Part shown: piece by piece, positions 16,978 through 23,920 of the stretch | Position numbering within the stretch: position 1 is the stretch's first letter | Layout: every line of letters begins with the position of its first letter | Assembly (NCBI GenBank): GCA_963692945.1 | Contig: OY843585.1 | Span: 810,001 to 842,000 of the forward strand | Length of the DNA stretch: 32,000 nt | DNA from: Bdellovibrionales bacterium | Lineage (GTDB): Bacteria; Bdellovibrionota; Bdellovibrionia; Bdellovibrionales; UBA1609 | Direction of reading: 5' to 3' | Translations under genes and position numbers: made by a program | Notes under the pieces: model-generated | Seen by the model: the letters and a program-made list of their open reading frames with translations, nothing else | Told to the model about the DNA's origin: nothing | Databases searched by the model: none

Positions 16978-19458
16978 ATGAAATATATATTGATTCTCAT
17001 CTTCTTCTTTCCTTTTTTATCTTTTGCTAATTACTGTTTTGATCCTATGGAGCAGGCGATATTATTTGGAAATCAGCAACAAGGAGAGGATGATAGCTTA
17101 CAAGGTCAGATAAGACAGAAGAAGAGAGATTTAAAATCTAAAGAAGAAGAGATTAAAAGTAAAGAAGATAAGGAAGAGAAAGAAATAAACGGAAAATCTG
17201 ATTGTGGTAGAGTCATTAGTACACGTTGTGGTATCGAAAAGTTGAGAGGAAAACTATGGAATTCATTGGATGATGATAAGGTTTTTCCACCAGAGGGAGG
17301 AAATCGTACTGATAATGACAAGAGGGATATTACTAAGAAAATATTAGAATATATGGAATCTAAACATAAAGACGAGCCAAAAGAAAGTTGGAATGATGTA
17401 AATAAAGATTCCTGTAATCCTAATGATAATCTTGATTATACTGGTCCTGTAACTTCTACTTCTACTGGACCTAGTTCTGTAACTTCTGCTTCTGCTACTC
17501 CTGCTACTGCTACCCCTGTAACTTCTAATCCTGCTACTGCTACCCCTGTAACTTCTAATCCTGCTACTGCTACCCCTGTAACTTCTAATCCTGCTACTTC
17601 TAATCCTGTAACTTCTACTTCTACTGATGATACTGCCGATTCTGATTCTAATGATGATGGCGATACCATTATTTTTATGAATCCAAATGAGTTACAAGCT
17701 ATAGATTCTTTAAATATTTCCATTCAAAATTTATTAAATAGTTTTAAAAATCCAAATCAGACAGTTGCGACTTACTTAGAATTGGGATGGAATTTTTTAA
17801 TTCCTATTGCTGAAGCAACAGCTGTTGATCCAGGTTTTCCTAATATAAACACATTGAAGCAATGTCCAGCTTGGGAAAATAATAATGCTATTGTTACAGG
17901 TGATGGTGAGATTGAGATAGACGAATTTTGTGACAAATATGGACGAGAGGATGATGATAGTAAGGTTCAAGAGTGTAAAGATTCTTTGAAAAGCTTAGAT
18001 GAAAAATATGAAAAGATAGCTAAATATAGAAAAGAGCTGAAAAAATTTAGGAATCAAGAAGATAAATTACATATTGAAATTGATGAGTTGCTGGAAAAGT
18101 TAGAAGATGAGGAGGATGATGAAGAAACAGAAGCCAGTGCTGGTTGTATTGATTGTATTAGCGATAGTAGATTAGAGACATTAAAAAAATATCGTGAAAT
18201 GAATAAGCTTACATGGGGTCAGAAAGCTGGGCATATAGCAACTCTACTTGGAGGGCTTGCTTTAGGTCATTACGCTTCAAGAGAAGGACGAAGATCTACA
18301 AAAGAGGCGAATAGATTAAGAGCTTGGCAGGGTGAACCAGCCTTAGCTAGCAATCATTCCTTAGCAGGTATAGGTGTAGCTTACCCTTTTATATCTCAAG
18401 CGGTGTATGGTTTAACAAATGGAAATAGACGTAATTATGTTTGTACTGGAGGTATGAATCCTTACGCAGGTGCTTATCAAAACCCTTACGGTAGGGCTTA
18501 TCAAGGGGGTTTTCCAGGTGCTTATCCAGGAGTATTTCCTGGAGCAGGATTTGGTGCAGGATTTGGTGGCGGAGCTCACTTAGGTTTAGGAGGTCTTGGC
18601 GGAATGCCGTTTGGACCAGGATTTGGAGCAGGATTTGGTGGCGGAGCTCACTTAGGTTTAGGAGGTCTTGGCGGAATGCCGTTTGGACCAGGATTTGGTG
18701 GCAGAGCTCACTTAAGTTTAGGAGGTCTTGGCGGAATGCCGTTTGGACCAGGATTTGGCGGTGGATTTGGCGGAAGCCCATTTGGTGGCGGATTTGGTGG
18801 CGGAGCTCACTTAGGTTTAGGAGGTCTTGGCGGAATGCCGTTTGGACCAGGATTTGGAGCAGGAGCTCACTTAGGTATAGGAAATCCCTATGGCGGATTT
18901 GGCGGAAACCCATATGGAGGTTTTGGCGGAAACCCATATGGCGGATTTGGAGCAGGAGCTCACTTAGGTTTAGGAAACCCCTATGGTGGATTTGGCGGAA
19001 GCCCATATGGAGCGGGAGGTCCTTTCAATGGAGGTATAAATCCTTATGCTCAATATCAAGCTCAAGTCGCTGCTCAACGATCTCAAGCTTATCAAGCCCA
19101 ACTGGCTCAACAACAATATCAAGCCCAACTGGCTCAACAACAGCTACAAATTCAAATGGACGCCCAAAAAGCTTGGTTGGAAAAGCAACAATCTATTCAG
19201 CAAGAAAGAGTAAGAAAACAACAAGTTATTTCTGGTCTTACTCAAGAGATGTATAAAATTCAACAACAAATCAATTTGGTGGCTACAACTGGAGTGGGTG
19301 GCTCTTCTTCTATTCTAGGAGCTAGTTCAGGAAGTGTAAATGCTGGGTTTCAATTAGGAACATCTGGTGCTACAGCTCCTTCTGCAGGGACTCTCTCAAC
19401 ACCAAATACAAATATAAATACAAACCCTGGTGATCTACCTGTTATACAAGCTCGGTAG
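16978..19458 (+). CDS. Secreted repetitive protein, paralog B: T/S/P linker, conserved hydrophobic module, Gly-rich array, Gln-rich coiled coil
   Basis: 826 aa. Signal peptide MKYILILIFFFPFLSFANY. (TSNPATATPV)n linker. The shared scaffold with A is EFC..Y...ECK...LED-acidic-ETEA..C-x-DC...GQK-x-GH plus the identical 63 aa. Downstream come GAHLGLGGLGGMPFGPGFG and NPYGGFGG arrays, then YQAQLAQQQ repeats. Confidence 0.8.
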   Translation: MKYILILIFFFPFLSFANYCFDPMEQAILFGNQQQGEDDSLQGQIRQKKRDLKSKEEEIKSKEDKEEKEINGKSDCGRVISTRCGIEKLRGKLWNSLDDDKVFPPEGGNRTDNDKRDITKKILEYMESKHKDEPKESWNDVNKDSCNPNDNLDYTGPVTSTSTGPSSVTSASATPATATPVTSNPATATPVTSNPATATPVTSNPATSNPVTSTSTDDTADSDSNDDGDTIIFMNPNELQAIDSLNISIQNLLNSFKNPNQTVATYLELGWNFLIPIAEATAVDPGFPNINTLKQCPAWENNNAIVTGDGEIEIDEFCDKYGREDDDSKVQECKDSLKSLDEKYEKIAKYRKELKKFRNQEDKLHIEIDELLEKLEDEEDDEETEASAGCIDCISDSRLETLKKYREMNKLTWGQKAGHIATLLGGLALGHYASREGRRSTKEANRLRAWQGEPALASNHSLAGIGVAYPFISQAVYGLTNGNRRNYVCTGGMNPYAGAYQNPYGRAYQGGFPGAYPGVFPGAGFGAGFGGGAHLGLGGLGGMPFGPGFGAGFGGGAHLGLGGLGGMPFGPGFGGRAHLSLGGLGGMPFGPGFGGGFGGSPFGGGFGGGAHLGLGGLGGMPFGPGFGAGAHLGIGNPYGGFGGNPYGGFGGNPYGGFGAGAHLGLGNPYGGFGGSPYGAGGPFNGGINPYAQYQAQVAAQRSQAYQAQLAQQQYQAQLAQQQLQIQMDAQKAWLEKQQSIQQERVRKQQVISGLTQEMYKIQQQINLVATTGVGGSSSILGASSGSVNAGFQLGTSGATAPSAGTLSTPNTNINTNPGDLPVIQAR
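17501..17610 (+). repeat. 30-bp tandem repeat (acttctaatcctgctactgctacccctgta) encoding TSNPATATPV
   Basis: Identical full copies at 17521-17550 and 17551-17580, with partial copies on both sides. Confidence 0.9.
18232..18420 (+). repeat. 189-bp block 100 percent identical to 16572-16760 (copy in paralog B)
   Basis: See the partner entry. Confidence 0.95.
18541..19010 (+). repeat. Imperfect tandem array (periods of roughly 60-100 bp) encoding Gly-rich units
   Basis: The core ggagctcacttaggtttaggaggtcttggcggaatgccgtttggaccaggatttgg recurs starting near 18571, 18643, 18703 and 18801. Shorter NPYGGFGG units follow to about 19010. Confidence 0.9.
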
Positions 19459-19460
19459 AA

Positions 19461-20489
19461 CTAATAAAAGATTTTTGAAGAGGAAGAGGTTTTATTATCT
19501 ATTGTAAGAGATAATAAAATTCCTGTTGTTAAAAGAGCTCCTCCAACAATAAGCCATGTAGATGTATCTTTTTTCAAAAAGTTAAATTTTTTCTGTTTGT
19601 TTTTATAAGAGGTCTTAGTGAGAACCTCTTTATAATTTTTGTTATCAAAGGTTTTAGAGAAAGATTCTTTATAGCCTTTTTGTTTCCATAGAGGTTTTTG
19701 ATTTTCACAATCTTTATTGTAAAAAATTTTTATATTGTTTTTCATCCATTCCGATTTCACTTTTAAAGTTTTGCAATATCCTAAAGTGAGAGGATTTGTT
19801 TTTATAGATTGAGTCATCAAATAAGAAATAGGAACAACTCTTGTCCAAGAAGTGTGAGAGGAACTCAAAGCTGTTATACGATAGGAGGATTCTGGAACTT
19901 GGATTGTTTTATTTTTCAAAGAAACCCGTTTTCCATTGATGAGAATGATTTCATGGTGAGGAAAGAGTTTTTTTAAAGGAAGAGATAAAAGAGTTTGTTG
20001 ATTTTGAATCTCTTCTAGTTTTTGAAGTAAAGGAGGTGGAAATAAATTATAATCTGGATGATCTTTTGTAAATTTAGACATGGTGAATTGACTTGCTAAC
20101 AGGAGCAAAGCTTGTTTTTTAGGAATGTCTTTTTCACTTTGAGATCGTCTTAAAAAAGAATAAAGAATCATTCTTCTTTGTTCTTTATCCCAATCGGCTG
20201 AATGACTTAAAGAAGTGATTTTTTCAAAGACTTCTAGTGCTAACTGTATTTCACCAGATAAGTAATGCTCTTGAGCTTGTAAAATCAAATCTTTAAGTTG
20301 GAATTTTTTTGTTTCCTCTCTTTTTAAACTTAATAAATGTTTTCCATAACTAATATGATTTGAACCTAAAGAAGTGAGGTGACTTGTAAAGCCAAAGAAA
20401 GGGCTTTTTATATCTTTGACCCAAATATCAGATTGTGATGGTTGAGAAGCAAAGATAAGATAAAAAATAAAATACTTTAATGGATTCAT
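19461..20489 (-). CDS. Hypothetical exported protein with a TPR-like segment and C-terminal TM; possible Tad accessory
   Basis: 342 aa. Signal peptide MNPLKYFIFYLIFASQPSQS, a TPR-like stretch AQEHYLSGEIQLALEVFEKI and a C-terminal TM WLIVGGALLTTGILLSLTI. It is the last gene of the flp operon by position. Confidence 0.4.
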   Translation of the reverse strand: MNPLKYFIFYLIFASQPSQSDIWVKDIKSPFFGFTSHLTSLGSNHISYGKHLLSLKREETKKFQLKDLILQAQEHYLSGEIQLALEVFEKITSLSHSADWDKEQRRMILYSFLRRSQSEKDIPKKQALLLLASQFTMSKFTKDHPDYNLFPPPLLQKLEEIQNQQTLLSLPLKKLFPHHEIILINGKRVSLKNKTIQVPESSYRITALSSSHTSWTRVVPISYLMTQSIKTNPLTLGYCKTLKVKSEWMKNNIKIFYNKDCENQKPLWKQKGYKESFSKTFDNKNYKEVLTKTSYKNKQKKFNFLKKDTSTWLIVGGALLTTGILLSLTIDNKTSSSSKIFY

Positions 20490-20954
20490 TTAAAAATTTT
20501 CCTCAATAAGAGTTATAGGTTTTCTTACTCTTTTTTTATGTATTTGTGAACCTTGTTTTTCAGGATTTTGAATAACAGCATAAAATGGTGGAGAATGTTC
20601 AAAAAGTTTTTTTACTTCTTTTTCAGGTATTAAAGCCACAAAAAGGCTATCTTCTGTTTCTGGAGGTAAAATTTTAATGAATTTTGCAATTTGTTCTTGA
20701 GGCAAATCTGTTTTTATGGAGTAGGAATAGAGATCTACAACGCCATGGGAGCCTATGAGATTGATAATGTCTTTCCCATTTGAAATATCTATAGGTATTA
20801 AAACAAAGTCTTTTGGGACTAGAGAATCTATAGATGTTGTTGTAGTTTCTTCTGTATTTTTAAGAAAAGATAAAAAATAAGAGATGACCGATAACACTAA
20901 AACCACTCCTAACATAATAAAATAAGATGCGTATGTATTTAAAATGTACTTCAT
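20490..20954 (-). CDS. Short CpaB/RcpC-like protein (N-terminal TM plus beta-clip-like segment)
   Basis: 154 aa. TM segment FIMLGVVLVLSVISYFL. DFVLIPIDISNGKDIINLIGSHGVVDLY resembles the RcpC/CpaB C-domain pattern. No SAF domain is apparent. Confidence 0.3.
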   Translation of the reverse strand: MKYILNTYASYFIMLGVVLVLSVISYFLSFLKNTEETTTTSIDSLVPKDFVLIPIDISNGKDIINLIGSHGVVDLYSYSIKTDLPQEQIAKFIKILPPETEDSLFVALIPEKEVKKLFEHSPPFYAVIQNPEKQGSQIHKKRVRKPITLIEENF

Positions 20955-21247
20955 AGATTAGGCCTTAATTTTTTTTGACTGAAAGGCCAATTTGTTTTTT
21001 TATAGGAATGATTTTTTTTAGAATGCCAGTTTGTTTTTTTATAGGAGCGACTCTTGTAATTCTTTTTAAATCTATGTTTATTGATTTCTTTATTTGCATA
21101 CTCTTGAAAGAGATTGACAGTCAATAAGAAACCCAAAAGACAACAGATGAAAAATAAGCTTTCCATAAAAATTTGACCTTGCTGTGATATTAGTGAAACA
21201 GTCTTTCTTTCCATTGAGTGGGACTCCTTTCTAAAGTGGCTATACAT
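20951..21247 (-). CDS. TadE-like pseudopilin with Lys-rich tail
   Basis: QQG-QIFMES followed by a hydrophobic helix fits G-XXXX-E prepilin-like processing. The probable start is the ATG at 21214 (MERKTV...). The tail contains a SYKKTNW duplication. Confidence 0.4.
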   Translation of the reverse strand: MYSHFRKESHSMERKTVSLISQQGQIFMESLFFICCLLGFLLTVNLFQEYANKEINKHRFKKNYKSRSYKKTNWHSKKNHSYKKTNWPFSQKKLRPNL

Positions 21248-21915
21248 TGATATTTTGAAAATTTAGATTTATACAAGGGAAAAAAAGGATTCATTGTCCA
21301 AGAGAATATGGTTTTTTGTTGATGAGAAAAATGGGGTAGAGGATGATAAGTTGTCGCCTCTTTACTGAGTTTTCTTTTAGAAAGAGCAAGAGGTTTTTTA
21401 AAAGAACTTATTTCTGTAACCGATTGAATGTAAGGTTTATTCAAAGATTGTTTTAGATTTTTAAGAGAGTGTTTTTTTACAGTTTGACTTTTCTTTAATA
21501 GACTATTTTGTTGATGAGATAAGATTTTTTGTTGAAATTTAATGATAGCAATTTGCATTTTTAATGCGGCTACACCTTTTGTAAGACCTAAAGCCAAAGA
21601 AGATTCTAATATTTTTCTTTTTTTATGTAGAGTTAGGACTTTTTTATTTAAAAATAAAAGTTTATGTAAAAGAATCTTTAATTGTTTTTGAGTTGATAGG
21701 TTTTCTAAGAGACAAACTTTTTGAGAGAAAGTGATATTTTTAATCCCTAGACTCATTATGGAAAGTCCTAATAAACCTGTCATCATTAAGCCAAAAAAAG
21801 GTATAAGTAACACAAGAACAAATCCTTTCTGGTTGGTTATAAATTTTTGAGATTGAGATGGCTTTTTATAAGAATAACTTTTTTGAAAAATTCCCATTCT
21901 ATAGACCCTTTCCAT
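21190..21915 (-). CDS. TadG-like pilus assembly protein (short)
   Basis: 241 aa. N-terminal NQKGFVLVLLIPFFGLMMTGLLGLSIMSL resembles the TadE/G-like N-terminal helix. The start may be the ATG at 21897. Confidence 0.35.
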   Translation of the reverse strand: MERVYRMGIFQKSYSYKKPSQSQKFITNQKGFVLVLLIPFFGLMMTGLLGLSIMSLGIKNITFSQKVCLLENLSTQKQLKILLHKLLFLNKKVLTLHKKRKILESSLALGLTKGVAALKMQIAIIKFQQKILSHQQNSLLKKSQTVKKHSLKNLKQSLNKPYIQSVTEISSFKKPLALSKRKLSKEATTYHPLPHFSHQQKTIFSWTMNPFFPLYKSKFSKYQCIATLERSPTQWKERLFH

Positions 21916-22199
21916 TCGTTTTGAAAATTCGTTAGTTTCAACTCCTTAAAAGATCCTGTTTTATTTAGTCTTTTTATATTTTTTAAAGTTTGTTGTTTGC
22001 ATACAGTCATTGATTTTTTTTCTGCTCTACAAATAAGACCTTGATAGAGGCTATGTTCTATCCATAACTTATTTGCAAATATCCAAAATAAAATCACAGA
22101 AAAATTTATGGAAATAATTAACGCAAAACTAAATAGAATCATTTCAATAACACCTTGTCCTTTTTTGTTTTTTATAAACTTATCAGTTTGAATTTTCAC
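21837..22199 (-). CDS. TadE-like pseudopilin
   Basis: 120 aa. KKG-QGVIEMILFSFALIISINF has the G-XXXX-E motif plus a hydrophobic helix. Confidence 0.45.
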   Translation of the reverse strand: MKIQTDKFIKNKKGQGVIEMILFSFALIISINFSVILFWIFANKLWIEHSLYQGLICRAEKKSMTVCKQQTLKNIKRLNKTGSFKELKLTNFQNEWKGSIEWEFFKKVILIKSHLNLKNL

Positions 22200-22666
22200 A
22201 GCCTTTCTCTTCTATTTATTTGTTTTTTTGATTTTTTCTTTTTTTCTTTGGAGCTAGCCGCTCCATTCATGAAATTACTAAGGTCACTTTTTTGAAAATC
22301 TTTTTTGTTTACACTTTGAGTTTTGGCTTTTTGTGATCGTCCTTGAAGTGCATAAATGGCATTTGCAAAACGAGCTTTGACCGTTTGATTAAGAGTTCTC
22401 ATAATTCCAATGGTTGCAACTCCCATAAGAGCAATGAGTATGAGGTATTCAATCAAACCCTGTCCTTTTTGGTTTATTTTTTTTGAAAAAGAAAGGTTTT
22501 TGAAAAAAGAAAAATTTTTGAAAAGATAATAGGCTCTTAAAATTTTATCCATGACAAGAAAAAGAGTCTTATAAGTTTTTTTTATTATGAGAGAAAGAGC
22601 CTTATCCTTTCTTTTTTTTATAAAGAAAAGGATTGAATTTGTTTTTGTGTTGAAAGAAAAATGCAT
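22196..22666 (-). CDS. flp: Flp-family prepilin, atypically long (68-aa leader, Lys-rich C-tail)
   Basis: KG-QGLIEYLILIALMGVATIGI matches the Flp G-XXXX-EY motif. AGGAGG lies 4 nt upstream of the ATG at 22666. The next in-frame ATG (22552) has no SD. Confidence 0.65.
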   Translation of the reverse strand: MHFSFNTKTNSILFFIKKRKDKALSLIIKKTYKTLFLVMDKILRAYYLFKNFSFFKNLSFSKKINQKGQGLIEYLILIALMGVATIGIMRTLNQTVKARFANAIYALQGRSQKAKTQSVNKKDFQKSDLSNFMNGAASSKEKKKKSKKQINRRERL

Positions 22667-22690
22667 AAAACCTCCTAAGTTTTAAAACTC

Positions 22691-22770
22691 TATTTTGCAA
22701 AATAAAAAGATAAAACACTGGGTTTTTTTAGGTTTTTATTGAGAAAATTGTAGGCTTGTTCGGAATTCGT
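22691..22770 (-). promoter_or_regulatory. Conserved upstream block of the flp operon: perfect 14-bp palindrome TATTTTGCAAAATA (22691-22704) plus a block at 22720-22770 shared with the cpaC upstream region
   Basis: Direct comparison with 14539-14630. Confidence 0.4.
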
Positions 22771-23032
22771 CAGTTTTTAACAAAATCAAGAAGAGGATTT
22801 GATTTGAGTCTTTTCTCTTTTGTCTTTGATATAGACTTTTAAAAGACTTTTATAGGCTTCTTCTCTTAGATTGTATTTTTTTATGATCTTGTAGAAGATT
22901 TCTATCTCTTTAAGTTGTAGAACTTTTTTTCTTGTTAAACTTTCAGATTGAACCATAGTCCATCTATATATTGATTGGATTTGGAAGTCTATAAAAAAGG
23001 ATTTTGAGTTGAATTAATATTTAGAAAAGGCT

Positions 23033-23920
23033 ATGTTGGAAGAGTTTTTTATTATGATCCATTTAGACGGTAAATCTTTAAGTTTTTCTATTCTTGAGAG
23101 TTTAAAATCTCGGGTTGTAGAGTTTCAAAAAAAACACTCTGTAGTTCCGGGTTTGGCTGTTCTTTTAGTCGGCGATGATTCGGCAAGCCATGTGTATGTT
23201 CGTCAAAAATTGAAGCAATGTTCAAATATAGGTTTTCATTCTAAGTTGAAAAATTTTCCAGCCAATGTAAAGATTTCGGATTTAAAAAAACAGGTGGAAG
23301 AGTTCAATAAAGATTCTCAGTTTCATGGAGTGCTCATTCAACTGCCTTTACCCTCTTCATTAAAAGAAGAGGAGGTTTTATCTTGTTTAGACCCTGCAAA
23401 AGATGTGGATGGTTTGACTTTAGAAAATAGAGCTCTTTTATGGTCTAATAGACCGCGAGTTGTTCCTTGCACTCCTTTAGGTATTATAAAACTTTTAAAA
23501 CATTATAAAATTTCCATAGAAGGTCAAAAAGCTGTTGTTGTAGGGCGTAGTCAAATTGTTGGTCTTCCTATGGTTCAGCAACTTCTTTATCATCAAGCCA
23601 CTGTGACGGTTTGCCATTCACGAACTAAAAATTTGAAAGAAGAATGTTCTCAAGCAGATATTGTTATTGCTTGTGCAGGGAAGAAATCTTTGCTTTCTAA
23701 AAAGGATTTTAAAAAAGAGGCTGTTGTTGTGGATGTAGGAATCCATAGAGTGGTTCAAGATTCTAAAACCTATCTCGTTGGGGATGTGGATTCAGAGGGT
23801 TTAGAAAATCATTTGAAAGCTTTATCACCTGTGCCAGGAGGTGTTGGCCCTATGACAATTGCCATGCTTTTAGAAAATACTTTTCATTTGGCGGAGCAAT
23901 TTATGAAGGAGAGTTTATGA
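23033..23920 (+). CDS. folD: Bifunctional methylenetetrahydrofolate dehydrogenase/cyclohydrolase
   Basis: 295 aa. Motifs: GLAVLLVGDDSASHVYV, VLIQLPLP, VVVGRSQIVGLPM, PVPGGVGPMTIAMLLENT. The start may be the ATG at 23054 (MIHLDGK). Confidence 0.9.
   Translation: MLEEFFIMIHLDGKSLSFSILESLKSRVVEFQKKHSVVPGLAVLLVGDDSASHVYVRQKLKQCSNIGFHSKLKNFPANVKISDLKKQVEEFNKDSQFHGVLIQLPLPSSLKEEEVLSCLDPAKDVDGLTLENRALLWSNRPRVVPCTPLGIIKLLKHYKISIEGQKAVVVGRSQIVGLPMVQQLLYHQATVTVCHSRTKNLKEECSQADIVIACAGKKSLLSKKDFKKEAVVVDVGIHRVVQDSKTYLVGDVDSEGLENHLKALSPVPGGVGPMTIAMLLENTFHLAEQFMKESL

Noticed and set aside
15387-19006. Overlapping ORFs 15387-15911 (-), 15499-15726 (+), 15643-15837 (-), 16245-16445 (-), 17106-17321 (-), 17436-17723 (-) and 18389-19006 (-)
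   Set aside because: All lie within the repeat arrays of paralogs A and B. Repetitive, stop-poor sequence keeps alternative frames open. Their translations merely echo the repeats.
22786-22956. Unlisted 56-aa minus-strand ORF (MVQSESLTRKKVLQLKEIEIFYKIIKKYNL...) in the flp-folD intergenic region
   Set aside because: No Shine-Dalgarno upstream. The Lys-rich composition is expected from AT-rich DNA. It is below any size at which I can recognise a fold. It could be a small regulator, but support is insufficient.
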